Source: Eledone cirrhosa (taxonomy: Eukaryota). From it: a DNA stretch of 64,000 nucleotides. Both the position numbers and the translations under genes were made by a program. The stretch covers positions 93,620,001 through 93,684,000 of the forward strand of contig OZ024747.1 of the NCBI GenBank assembly GCA_964016885.1, given 5' to 3'. Positions 24,601 through 39,600 of this stretch are shown piece after piece. The notes below the pieces were generated by a model. The model did not search any database, was not told the origin of the DNA, and worked only from the letters and a program-made list of their open reading frames with translations. Position 1 is the first letter of the stretch, and every line of letters begins with the position of its first letter.

Positions 24601-27600
24601 TGTAAAGTGGTAGGTGATAGGAAGGGCATCCAGCCAGTAAAACCCAGCCAAAATTACGAGTCCAACCCATGCAAGCATGGAAAAGAGGATGTAAAAACGA
24701 TAAAGATGATGATGATACAGAGATGATGTCCATTATATATAATTATGTATATTGAGTTAGGAGATTCAGTGGTAGATAAATAAGTCTGTAGCTGATAAAG
24801 TTATATATAATGGCGGTGTCCCAGTATGGCCTCAGCTCTCTTGGCTGGAACACATAACAGAGTAATGTAAAGTAATAAAAGTTATATATTTTGTATCAAT
24901 GCATCAAATAAGATGAAGCTGTCTTACAATGTCATAAATTAATGTGGAGAAAAAACTGACTCTGCCTAAGATAATTTTACTAAGCAAGTCCTATACAAAA
25001 CAGATGACAGACTCACATTGAGATAAGTGTGTGATACTGTAAATATGCTTCAGATAGACAAAGAGCAAGCTCTGAGCAGGATAATAGTTGAGCATATTTG
25101 CATGGTAAACAAGAGTTCTGTCAGTGGCTCCATTGCTATTTGTTAGTGACAAATTTTTGTTTACAAATGTGCATATATGTGTTTAAGTATTAATCTGCAC
25201 ATATATTATACTTGCATACTTAAATGTCTATCTCTATGTATGAGAACATGTGTAAGATACATACATAAAAGTATATATGCATGCGTATGTACATACGTTA
25301 ATGTAACTGTGAAAATATATAAAACATTCCAGAGGTTTAGCCTGCAATAAGTGCATATAGACATACATAAACAAACAAAAGTATATGTACACATACATAA
25401 ATAAACATTGATATTCATGCTTGTACATACACACATACATACATACATACATACATACATACATACATACATACATACATACATACATACATACATACAT
25501 ACATGACTACCTCAATGTCGAAATTCCAATGAATGAGCCATGTTTATAGGTTACAAAATGCTCTTGCTTTCTGAGAAATATGTAAAATAAAACCAGAACA
25601 CACATACAGCAGAGTTTTGGAATAGATATTCCTCTACCTACCAACCCTAACTTTTGAGTGCAGAAAAATAAATAGTTATTCTGAAACTTTACCATACAAA
25701 AATCCATCATCATTATTTTATATCCACTTTTTTATGCTGAAATGGGCTGGCTAAGTCATCACTGCTTGCATCAGTTTTTATTCAGAGTTAATGTTACAGA
25801 TGGCTAAGTCATTTGCATCACAGAACTCCAGAAGCCTTTATCCTTCCTCATTTTTCATACCATATTCATATCCTCCATGTATATTGACAAAGTCATCACA
25901 CATAACATACAGTAGCATGCTATTTTACATCCGTTTTCCAAAGATCAATTGAATGGGTTGGTTTTGAAAATAAGGACATGTGTATATGGTCGCTCCAGTT
26001 ATTTTGCAACTGGATACGACACACGTCGTAAAACGTATAACTGTGCGATAGGACTGGAACTCGTTCAATAGCCAAGCAGGATTGGGCAAGCTGAGTTAAC
26101 TCCCCTTGTCAACAGATATGAATCAATGATTGTAGTAGCAATTCTAAAACTTAAGACGATTCTAATACAACAGAACAGGTTATGTGATAAAAACTTCAGA
26201 GATGCGTTTACAATTTTTTTAAATATAGCACTGTGGAACTGAAAGTAAACGAAAATAGGAGAATCCTATGGAAATCTAACCAACATCCTCATTGTTGTAA
26301 CTACAACTGCTCCACATTTGATAACTATAACTACAGTCAGTCTGAAATATCATTTATAATTTCTAAGCAATGGAGACTTCTGATGTCCGTGGTCCTAAGA
26401 ACCACCTCCCTACTCACTACCATCGGCACAGAGTTGGAGATCTCTGGTACCCTTGGCCCTAGGACCCCCTCCCTACTCATCGGAGTTGGCTACTTGCAAG
26501 TGTGAGCCTCACAAGCTGGAATGGCTCTTGAAACACGTCTCCCTCACCATCCTAAAGGAAAACGCCTTCTCTATTTTGTCTGCCAGGCGGCCAAACATGG
26601 GCCCTCATTTGCTTATAATAGTAAAAGATGGGGAGAGCGAGAGAGACGGAGGCAGTGACTGTACCAGCAATTAAAAACTCTACAGGATTACCAATAGAGC
26701 AGTTTTTATGCTATATGGTAATCCAATGTGCTTTGTCGATATGGATCACAAGACATTCAACTAATTGTCTGACTTGCATTAGCCATCAGCTTATAAAAAT
26801 ATAATGTAGCCATCCCAGCAATGTCCATTGATGCATTGTATACCAAATTGCAGTTGGTTTACACAATTTTCTTTACTATTGGTTAGAACGGTTAGGCATA
26901 CAATCATGAGGTTGTGAGTTCAATTTTCGGACCAGGCTTTGCGTTGTGTTCTTAAGCAAGACACTTTATTTCATGTTCTTCCAATTCACTCAACTGTAGA
27001 AATGAGTTGTGACTTTGCTGGTACCAAGTTATATCAGTAATTGCTTTTCCCTTGGACAACATTGGTGGTGTGGAGAGGGGAGACTGGTATGCATGGGCGA
27101 CTGCTGGACTTGTGCCTCGGAAAGGAACTTTCTAGTTCCATGGACATTTGTGACCGAAAGGGGTCTTTACTTTTTAGAACCATTTTTCCATGCCCTCATG
27201 GGCAGCTTTTTGGATTCCATATGTCTAACACCCGTAGATATACTTACAAAATCAGACAAACTATCTACATCAGTTGTCAGCTGTCGGAACACTGCATCCT
27301 TCAAAATTTCCATGCTTACCAAAATTCGCCAACACTACACCTGATATTCCCCACTCCATTTACATGCACACGTGTGTATGTCATAGCTCATACACTGTTC
27401 ATTTTCGTGATTTTTGTACATTATTCTATGTACAATACATGCACCTTTGATGAGTTGCAGTGCATCTGAGTTTTCTACACAATAATTTTCATTATTATTA
27501 TTATATAATATGTGTTCTGTTTTATTTTTTATTTCATTTTTGTAAATTGGAATATTTGCCTACTGTTGGGGCTCTTCATACTAACTAACCACCATTTAAT

Positions 27601-30600
27601 ACTGAAAAAGTAGAAATTGATTGTCAACCTAGCTGAGGCAAGAAGTGTTTTTGTTTTGTTATGAAAAAAAAATATCACTCAATAAAAGTATACAAAACAA
27701 AAAAGGAAATATCAAAGCAATAAAAATTTTAAAAAATGTTCAGTGAAGTGATTATACAAGATCTGATAACTGATAATACTTACCAGTTGGTTTAGGTTTT
27801 TCAAGAGTAGGATGAAGTTTTTTATTGCAAAAATCCGAATCCACGCAACAAGATATGTTCCAGTCATGTTTTCGTAAAATACTGTTCTCACAGAAGAATG
27901 GTCGATCTCTGGGATGTGGATCATCATGGCAACTAACCAAAAGAAGAAATATATGAGAGATGACAAAATATAAGAGAAAGATAAAGAATTGGAGAATACA
28001 CCTAATAAGTGAATTATGCAAAAAAAAAAAAACATATATAAAGTTAACTCGTTTCATTCCACACCACTTGAAAGCCACACAGACACACACATCAGAGTAC
28101 TAGTATTGTTACAGCATCCATGAGAGCTAATATGCTTGTTCTCCCAGCAGAGCAAGTGATAGGCATGCAAATGGCACTGTTAGCTTGCAAGGAAAACTAC
28201 TTATTCATTTATTGGAATATACCAATAGTGAAAGCTGTAGAAATACAAATACTAACCATGAGTATGCTACATCCATACAACATTACAAAGGAAATGATGT
28301 GTGTCTCTCAAAAGTAAGACTACCTGACTCAAACTATCAAGCTTTTAGGATTTTCCAATCCTCGGTCAACTGCCACTTGTATCATAGTGATGTTGGCAAC
28401 AACTCTGGGTAACATAGTGTGGCCTTTGCCCTCAGCATGAAGGTCAACATGTAATTGTTGTGCTGGGAACCTATGTATCTTTGCTTAACTTAAATTCATC
28501 TAAAGGGCACCTTGTAAAACAGTTCTGTCACAGCAATGATCATGCAAGGATCAGTTCTATAACAACCGCCAAGCAACTGTCGACAGGACATCATCTAGTG
28601 ATCTCCTTATCATCACAGGCAAGTGGTATGCCTGTAGGTAATACAACTAATAGATGGATCCTTAGTAAGTTCAAAGTTGGTGATCATTTCACCCATCAAG
28701 GAGGTGTTTGAATCAGATGTTCATTATTCTTGCTACCAAGAATAATGAACATCTGATTCAAACACCCCAAGAAAAATGGTATTCAAACATTGGCTTTACA
28801 GCCAATCAAACTGACTATCTCTTTGTTCAATCTAGCTCTTCCCATCTTAATGTGGTGCTGAAATGGACAGTGATAATGGCACAGATCATATTTTATTGTA
28901 GGTAAAACTTAGCATGTGTTTAACCCTTTAGCATTTACATTACTCTATATTCACTATTGTATATTTTCAGTAATGGCTTTACCTCACATAATATCGAATA
29001 TATAAGATTTTAATATTATTTATTTGAGAACAATACCTTAACATCTATATGAGTGGCCAATTATGGCCAGTTTAAACAGAAAGAGGTGAGAGAATTCTGG
29101 CCGGATACGGATGGTTTAAATGCTAAAGGGTTAAAGGCCAACAAACCATCTAAAAGGTTTCCAAAGTATGATACTGCAAAGCTGATATGCAGTGGCACTA
29201 TCACATGCTTTTAACTAAAATTGCAAAACTATTTTGATGGCTAGAATAAACTGATCTCACATGAGGGTTGGTATATCACTTCAGTTATTTTTTTGTGCGT
29301 ATAGTCAAGTCAAATTTGCCAAACCACTAAAAGCCTGTTCATGCTTTGTTGCATCTCACTGGAAGTGTTGGCAACAAGTGCACAATCATCTACAAAAATT
29401 AGGTCATGAATATTAGTGGTTTAAACTTTAGTGTTTATTTTCAGACATGCAAGGTTGTGAAGCCCACCATCCATTCCATAGTGGGTGCAAACACCTGGCA
29501 GGGAATTATCCTTATGAGTAAAACTCTGGCCTGGATCTTCCCAGCAATGAACAGCAGAGAGATGTCACAATGGTGGATGCACAGGACTGTCTGTTTCCTT
29601 TACACTTGTATATATGGACTATTGTAACATTTTTGAATTCCTGTTGGAACTTGCCTTGCTTCCAGAGGAACTGGAATAGTTCCCTCAACATCTGATGTAG
29701 AATTAATAAAACCTCCATACTTGTAGTTTTCTACTGGTATGGCATCTAATCCAAGAGCTTTGCCAAAGGACAGTTACTTAACCCTTTTATGGCCGTATTT
29801 TTAATGAAATAAACTATTTTTATTAATTAATGAAGAATTTTGAGGGACTTACTAAAATTATTAATTATTTCTTTACTAAGATAGTAACTTAATGTAAAGT
29901 TCTTATATAGAATTGTGATGCAAAATTTTAATTTAAATTGGAAACCTTTAAAAGGGTGGTTTTATTTCATAGAATCAGGGTCAGTTTTGGCTGGGTTGGT
30001 AACTAAAAGGTTAACTCTTTCAAGACCACATTTCTAATGAAATACACTCTATTTTAATTATTTCATTACTAAGATAGTAACTTAATGTGGTGGAAAATTC
30101 TAATTTAAATTGGAAACCTTTAAAATGAGTGATTTTATTTCATAGAACAAGAGACGGTTATGGCCGAATTTGTAACTAAAGGGTTAATTGTTTTTGTCAC
30201 CTCATCAGCAGTGGGATGATTGTCTAGTTTGGGATTTGTTTTAACTGTGATAATATCCTATGATCAATAGCATTCTAGTCATGATCGTAAATCATCACAG
30301 GTAGAATACATTTCATGATAGGTTTGTTTGAACATACCTGAGCTAAACAAGTTTTATCCTGTTTGTCTGCTATACCCTACACAAGGCACTGAACAATCAT
30401 TGCTCCAACTGAACAGACAAATACTAGTTGCAGAGATGTAGTAATGGATGTATTGGAGATAATTCTGTGGTAGTAGTAACAGTAGTTGTTGTTGTGATGA
30501 TAATTGTAAGTGTGTAGTAGTGAATATAATAACATTGTGGTGTTGACTGATAAATATAACAGTGTAGTGGTGGCTGTAGAAGTGTAGTGGTGGCTGTAGA

Positions 30601-33600
30601 AGAGTGGTGGTGACTGTAATGATGTCATGGTGGTTGTAACATTATTGTAGTGATTACAATAGTGTTATAATGGTTGTGTGGTAGTAGTGGCGATTATAAT
30701 AGTATTATAATGGATGTGTGGGAGTGGTGATTAAAATAGTGTTATAATGGATGTGTTGTGGTGGTGGTGGTGGTAGCTATGAGGATATGGTAGTAACTCT
30801 AATGGTTGTTGTAAAGCTGTATATTTATTTATATATATGTGTGTGTTATGTAGAAATGTGGTAGCTGGAGAATTGTAGTGGTGGTGGTAACACTAGCAGT
30901 GTAATGATAAATACATCAATGTGATACTTAACTCTAGTGGCAACAGTACTGTACTAATGTAGTAGTAGTAGCAATGGCTGTACAGTGTGATATAGGTTGT
31001 AGTGTATAGTATAGTCTGTAGTAGTATGATGATTACTAAAGTGTTATGGTTCTGTAGTGACCTACTGACATCAATAAAAATTTAACCCTTTAGCATTTAA
31101 ACTGGCCATATCCAGCTAGAATTCTCTCACCTCTTTCTGTTCCAAATGGCCATAACCGACTGCTCATACATATGTTAAGGTGTTGTTCTCAAAATAAATA
31201 TCAAAATTTCGTAGATTTGATATTATGTAAGATAAAGTGTTTACCATGAAAATACAATAGCAAATATAGAGCAATGTAAATGCTAAAGGTTTCATAGTAG
31301 TTACCATTAACACACTTCTGTGAGATGGGCAAGGCAGTAAAACTCACCATTCCCTAATTACCTGACAGTAAGACAGCATGTAAGAACAGATAAAAACAAA
31401 CAAATAATTCAGCACTGAACTATCTAAAGATAGAATTGTAGTTTGATGGGTTACACAACTTATTTTCCACAAAGTAAAACCAAATAACAACATGGTTGCA
31501 AACCAGAATGAAGCATCTACAGCAGAGGCGCCCACTTTGAGAACCTAGAAACATTCATCCTATAATCTCCGAGTGAAGCTGACATGGGTTTACTTGAAAC
31601 CAATAACAACAGAACCAATCTATATATAAATTTGAGTGACTTCCATCCTTCTGTCCGTAACACAATGTGTGTGTATGTGTGGTTGTGTGAATGTGTGTAT
31701 GTGTGGTTGTGTGAATGTGTGTGTGTGTGTGTAAAAGGAAGAAAGAGGATGGTGAAAAACTCTAGCAAAACGTTCCATTTGCTACACTGTGTGTAAGTGT
31801 ATGTGTGTGTTTGTGTAAATATATGTGTGTGCGTTTGCAAGAATGTATGTCTGTGAGTGTGTAATTTTGTAAGTGTGTCTGTGTTTGCACGTTTATATTT
31901 ATATACTCATACATATAAATGTATGCATATGCACATACACACACGCACGCACATATATACATACGCACCAACATGTTTTTAAAAAATTCTGGTTCTTATA
32001 TAATTCTAATAAATCAAATGAATGAAATAATTTGAAAATCCTTCAGCAAACACTCACCCATATGTAAGTGCCTCTTTTGACTGTGTCTTGAGTGCATAAC
32101 AGAAACCTGTTGTATTACATCTATTCATTTCACACGTATCACAGGAACATGACAAACCTGAAATACAAAGAGAAAGTTGAAAAAGTTTCAAGATATAGTT
32201 TCTAAAAACAAAAGATACTTTACAGTCTCTACTAGTTCTATATTTAAAAGACAAAAATACGTTATCATATCTAATCTGATATTTTATAGTTAAAGTTCAA
32301 TTCATTGTAGAATGATAGGATATGTCAGTAACATAATGAGGCAGAATTAATCAATTATAAAGCTTAGTTCTTAGTAAAAATAGAGTAAAGGAAAATGTTG
32401 AGTATAAAATATTAACAAAATTGAGAAAGCCAACTCCCAGGGATGTATAACAAAACATTCTTCACAGTACACAGAGGGAGTTGGGAGTCATTCAAATATT
32501 TGGTTGTAAAAACTTTGTAGAAAACCTGTCAGTGAAAATGTTTACATCATACAATTGCATAAAATATTTTAGTGTTGTGTATATTTCTATAGGTTTTTCA
32601 CCAAACAAAAGAACATTAATCTGCACTTATCAACCAGATGTTTTGTGTTTCCTAGAGGAAGAGAGGAGTAGTAGTTGGCCAACAATTAGTATTAACACCA
32701 AGAAGTTGGTTACAAAGGAAATATATTCTCTTGAAGTGAAGCCATAACTGGCCACTCATACTGATGTTAAGGTATTGTTCTCAAAATAAATAATATCAAA
32801 ATCTCATAGATTCGATATTATGTGAGATAATTGTGTAAGATAAAGCCTTTACTGTGAAAATAGAATAGTATATATAGAGTAACGTAAATGCTAAAGGATT
32901 AAACACCACATCTGATTCCTCTAATACCCAGCTTTTCTCTCAGTTCATCAATGCCCGATCATTCATGCACACTAACATCACACATCCATTGGTGAAGGTT
33001 TGCCTCATTTATCTCCAATCTCTCTATATACTTTGCATTCACTACCCATGTCTCACTGCCATGCAACATTGCACTCCTTACACACAGGCATCATACAATC
33101 TATACTTCACTCATAGAGAAAATCTTTTTGTTGTCAACAGTAGGAGCTCCCTAAACCTTTTCCAAACTGTACTTATTCTAGCTATTATGATTTCAGAACA
33201 ACCCCTCCACTTTTAATTATGTATGTATGGTCTTGTCACTCTGATAGAGTCGTGGGGGCGCCATATTGACATAGAGCGTTTCTTGAGCATTTTAAGCCTG
33301 GAGGAGCCTATCCCTCTCAAGGCCTGAGTACAGCAATTTCTTCCAGAGAAAGATAGAAAGAGAGAGAGGAAATGAGAAAGAGATATAGAGGAAGAATCGA
33401 CCCCAGTACTAGACTGGTACTTTTTTATCGACCTTGGCGGGATTTGAACTCAGAGACCAGAGAGCCGGAACAAATACCATAAAGCATTCTATCCGACACT
33501 CTAACAATTCTGCCAATTCGCCACCTCCACTTCTAATTAGGCCCCTTAAATAGCAGAAAATATCAACAAATTCTATGGCACCTTTCTGGGATTGGAAAAG

Positions 33601-36600
33601 GTTTATTTCACTACTGCTCTTACTACCCATAAAATATTTTAGTGCTGTGTATATTTTTACAGTTTCTTCATCAAACAAAAGAACATTAATCTGCACTTAT
33701 CAACCAGATGTTTTGTGTTTCCTAGAGAGGAAGAGAGGAGTAGTAGTTGGCTAATAATTAATATTAACACCCAGAAGTTGGTTACAAAGGAAACATATTC
33801 TCTTGTGAGGCCCAAAGTAAGATAAAGAGAAAAAAGTCAATAAATGTTATATTACAGAGATTATCATGGTTCCTTCAAGTTTTAATAGATTTGTGCTCAG
33901 GCCAGACCAGAGGAGAAGGAGACAAAGACTTATGATTTTAAGGAGTCTTACTTGCTTCAAATCCTGTTATTACATTATGTACACTACATGTACATGTATA
34001 CGTCCATACCTTTAGATAAATCATATATACTTAACAGTGATTTCTAAAATACTTAGTGAACAGTTTGAAAGTCACATCTGCCAGGTCATAATATGAGTAT
34101 TTTGGTGAGTGTAGCATTGTCTGTTGTGAATAAAATTTATGAATCAAAGTTGTAAATCTATATGAAAGATATGTGTGTGTGTGTGTGTATCATCATCATC
34201 GTTTAACATCCACGTTCCATGCTAGCATGGGTTAGAAAGGATGTCCCGTTTGAGACATTCAAGCCAGATGACCATGTCTTGCTCATACAGAACTGTTTCT
34301 GGCTTCGTTTCTATGGCTGGATGCCCTTCCTAATGCCAACCACTTTACAGTGTGGGCTGAGTGTGTGTGTGTACATATACATATTCATATATATATATAA
34401 ACACACACATGTGTGTGTGTGTGTGCATGAGCAAGACGTGATCACCTGACTGGTCTAACCTCAAGATGAGACAACTCGTCCAACCCATGCCAAGGTGACA
34501 TGTAGCCAAGTAGACATAAAAACGATGGATTGGCAGTGTCGGTAGAGGGTCGGACGCTATGCTTTACAGTCTGAGTTCAAATCCCGCCGCGGTTAACTTT
34601 GCCTTTCATCCTTACGGGGTCGTGAAAATAAAGCACCAGTAATACACTGGGATAACTGGTGGCCTTGTACCAAAAGTAGAAACAATTATATATATATATA
34701 TATATATATAATCATCATCATTTACATCCGCTTTTTCCCTGCTTGCAAGGGTGGGACGGGAACTGATTCTGGCTTGATTTCTACAGCTGGATGCCCTTCC
34801 TAACACCAACCTCATTTACAGTGAGTGCTGGGTGCTTTTTTGCCGTGGCACCTCCACGACCACTTTGCAGTGGAATGATATGGACCCCAGTCCCTATCAT
34901 CTCATTTCTACAGCTGAGTAAACTGGAGCAATGTGAAATAAAGTGTCTTGCTCAAGGACACAACACATCACCCGGTCTGAGAATTGAACTCACAACCTTT
35001 CAATTGCAAGGCCAATGCTCTAACCACTAAGCCATGTGCCTCCATATAGTATATGTTGGGTTATATTGGAGTTTACCAATATATATCCTGGTAAAGATTA
35101 CAGAAACTCAATACTAAAAAGAAACATATATATATTTCCAACTTCACCTTTTCTACATATATATACATATTTAAAAGTGCATAACATCTTCAAAAAAGAT
35201 CTATAAAAAGAAACACATTGTAATGTTTTTTCTTATTTTCTAGTTGCTAATATTCCAGAATATCTTTAGAAAGCTAGCTAGTTCAGAGTAGAAATAGCAG
35301 GTAATTACATGGGGATAGCAAAGATAGTCTTACAGTGCAAGCTTTCCTTCACAGCTCAACAATTAAACCAAAATATATAATCACTCAAACCACATTACCT
35401 TTTATTTAGCAAACAATATCAATTTTCTGTACTTGCCAAGCCTTGACCAGAGCTTCTAGTCATTTGACAAACCTCTTGCCCCCCAAAACCTAACCAGACC
35501 TTACAAACTTTCTCTGCCTCACACCAACATCTTTTTACAACCATTATATAAGCAAACAAATTTAATTTCTTCTTTAGTAAGATAAGAAATATTTTGATAA
35601 AGTAGAAATATAAACTTACACCATATTTTGACTAACGAATTTAGTCTGATAGAGGGGCTTTTTTAAAAACACTGAATGGAAAATGTTAATATTCATCCTT
35701 TTTCCATTCAGAAGGTTTTTAAAAATCCCCACTATCAGACTAACTTCGTTAGTGAACATATAGCGTAAGCTTATATTTCTACTTTATTTCAAACTTTGCT
35801 CACTGTTTCATAAACAAACTTGCTTTGTCTTTATATACTATATATAAATATTTTTATATTTTACTTAACCCTTTCAATTCCAAACTACCTGGAACTATCC
35901 CTGCTTCTATAATATAAAACTATTTATCATTTTATGTGTGCTCTTCCATGCTTACACGGGTCCTTTCCAGCACAGCCACCCTCCACTCACAGCATTTCTT
36001 CATCATCTCTGTGAAGTTCAGCATTTTCAAATCAGCTCTAGCCACCTCTGCCAGGGATTTTCTCAGTCATCTTTTACTGTAGTTTCCTTCTACTGGCCTC
36101 ACCTGGCATTCGTTAACCATATGCTTCACATGTCCAAACCAGTGTAGTCTTTTCTCTTAAACAACACATCTGATTCCTCTAATACCCAGCTTTTCTCTCA
36201 GTTCATCAATGCCCGATCATTCATGCACACTAACTTCACACTTCCATTGGTGCATGTTTGCCTCATTCTCTATAATCTCTCTATATACTTTGCATTCACT
36301 ACCCATGTCTCATTGCCATGCAACATTGCACTCCTTACACACAGGCATCACACAATCTATACTTCACTCATAGAGAAAATCTTTTTGTTGTCAACAGCAG
36401 GAGCTCCCTAAACCTTTTCCAAACTGTACTTATTCTAGCTACTATGATTTCAGAACAACCCCTCCACTTCTAATTAGGCTCTTTAAATAGCAGAAAATAT
36501 CAACAAATTCTATGGTACCTTCTTTGGATTGGAAAAGGATTATTTCATTACTGCTCTTACTACCCATTATTCCTGTGCATCTGCAACATGTAAAGTCTAC

Positions 36601-39600
36601 CTTCCCTGTTAGTCAACCTACAATCCCACTACACTTCTTGTGTACTCATACCTTACACTGAGTACATTAAATACAGTTCCTACCTATTCCTTTTCTACAT
36701 ACTAAGCACTGCCACTTCCCTGGTGGCATCAGTCTTATCTTCTTTCCTACTTAATAAACTTTGGTCTTTACTAGGTTGACTGAGCCCTTTTGATTCTAAG
36801 TTGTGTTTACATTTATCTAAAAAAAACATCCATCATAATTGTGTGTAAGGAGTTCTTTTAAGCTATGTTCCAAAAACTAGCTTAATAATGAGAAGGTTAG
36901 TTTATATAAGATCCCTTCAAATTCTTCATTATTTTCGAAATTATTTGAAAATCATAGACAATGTATTACAGTAACAGTATGGCAATGAAAGGGTTAATTA
37001 TATAGGAATTTGAGGAAGCACAGATTTCTTGAATTGCTAAGGTACTGCATAATCAGTTAAGAGATCAACAGAGTATATTACAAGCAGCTGTACAGCAACA
37101 AAACATTAAACATTTAATTGCAAAGTTCACCAAGTCTGAAGCAGTTACAATACAACAGTAAGGTTTTCTACTTGTAAGCTGTGGTTACACAGTAAAACTG
37201 AGGAGTGATTCTTTCACTTACAGTGCTTCATTAAATTTCCTTCAATGGAAAGCTGACTTGACAGACTGATGTTATATATTCAGTCAGGGAAGAGAGTCTT
37301 TTCTTGCCCATTTGAAACCACAGAAACCAGAATTAATAGCTAGCTTAGTTGTTGTACTATGGAGGTTTGTGAAACAGAAAATAAAGTGGTAAGAAACTCT
37401 CAGGAGAGCTGGACAGAAGAAGGTCTTCAGAGAAGAAACCCCACTCAAGTAGGTGTTTCAGCCCTTAACTTCTGATGAGTAATTCTCACCCATTTAAAAC
37501 CACAAAAACCAGACTCAATAGCCAACTAAATTGTACTATGGATGTTTGTGAAACACAAAAAATAAATATTATATTGAAAAGCAGTCGACACAACTGGCTG
37601 AATTAACAGAGTTTGTTTTAACAATCATAGTTTGTATCGAGTCATTGGCACAATGTGTTGTTGTGGCTATGGCACTCAGTTACCTCGTTGTTACAATCAA
37701 ACTAGATGCTAGATGTCGTATAAGAGTCATGGGTGAGAATAAGCAAAAATAAAAGTATCGGATAATTGACAAATGCAAGACTTAGATTAAATCTACTCAT
37801 GGAGGAAATTTACAATAGAACTAATTGAGGGAGCCTGTATGTGTTCACTGAACTTTCTAGAAATAGCTGCCAAATTTCTCTTAAGTCACACTCCACCATT
37901 TTAAAAAAATAAAAAAATACATTGAATGATATAGTCCCAGAAATGCTATATTTGAATAAAAGGTGACCTGAAATGCTTTTGTTCAAAAGCCTAGATAGGC
38001 ATTTTATTTACAGGGCAAAATGCATTTCAAGTCTTTGACACTTTAACCCTTTAACATTTACATTACTCTATAATTACCATTATATTTTCATGGTAAAGGC
38101 TTTACTTCACATAATTACCTCACATAATATCAAATCTATGAGATTTTGATATTATTTATTTTGAGAACAATACCTTAACATCAGTATGAGTGGCCAGTGA
38201 TGGCTTGTTTGAACAGAAAGAGGTGAGAGAATTCTGGCTGGATATGGCCAATTTAAATGCTAAAGGGTTAAACAACTGCAGGAATTGGCTCTTCTTCTAG
38301 CTGTATCCCCAGAACAAATTGCACTCAATACTACAAGCTAATGAACCAACTAGCTATTATAATGCTACCACTACATACAGCCACAAGTTGTTTCTATTCA
38401 GTAGCACCTACTGTCAGTCTGGTGGACAGGGCTAACTGTAGACTTTTCTGATCGTTGCTTGGTACCCTAACCATTTCCCTAAAGAATATCACAAATGCAG
38501 AAAGAATTAATGCCTCATTTATGCTAAAACTTCTTTCAAGGTAGAATTACTAAATGAAAGACTAAATAGATTTGAACTCAGCAACGAAAAAACAGAAAAA
38601 CAGGATAGTTTTAAATATCTAAGTCTTGTGCTTTTTATCTCTCCTCCTCAAATAACAACCACCAATTATTTCTCTTCATATATAAAATTTAGTAATTGAT
38701 CCCAAGTCAATAATAACTGTTTCACTTTTTGGTGGTCATTAGGTAAGACAAGATGAGGAATTAGAGGAGGGTGGGGAAGGGCAATTTAGACGAGTTGGGG
38801 TGATGTTTTTGTTTTTCAGTCATACAAGCCTTGCATCTCCACCAAGATTGGGGAAGACAAAGAAATTGATGTCCAGCTTTAATCTCTAATGGTTCATGTC
38901 ATTAGGAAAATTGTGGCCAAGAAAAGACATTTAGAAAGATGAAGTTCTCAGATGTAAGACTACCAGACAGAGCCTTCAATCTTTTAGAATACCCTCTCCA
39001 ATCCTCAGTGGACTAACACTTGTATTATAGTGGTGTTTATGATGACTCTAGGTGGCATGTTGTGGCTTTTGCCTTCAGTGAAAAGGTTAACAGAATCACA
39101 TTTCTTCTACTTTTTTAATCATCAGTCTAAGGCAGATGGGAGCAGCTGAGTTAATGGCATTTTTCAGATTGCTTTAGATATGTAATAGGAAATACTGTAT
39201 GAGGCTGAAGTAACTGATGTTTAATGTTCACAGGTTAGTAGTTGTTGTGGGTAAGGTAGATTAGAAGTTCCAGAGAGATGAAATCTAAGAAAGAAGTACT
39301 GAGCAAAATATTTAGTATAGGGTATGTCAAGTGAGTGGTGAAAGTCAGAATATTAAGAGGAGATACAGGTTTGTTGAAGCGACAAGAGTATATTGAATAA
39401 ATATCATACATTCAGAGAAATTAAATGAGATGTGATGGTAAAAGAGACAGAAAGAACATAAAACTTTATAAACCAAACACTAAAATATTCACTACATTAG
39501 ATGCTACAGGCTAAATCAGATATCAAATCTGAAATTGAATCAGTTTATTAAAATAATTACAAAATCAAAACTTCAATGAAATAATGTTTTATGTTGAATT

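Noticed and set aside
37460-37520. CTGATGA hammerhead candidates here and at 48781 and 51855
   Set aside because: No convincing stem II/GAAA/stem III; 51855 is part of an RTE (GAT)n tail
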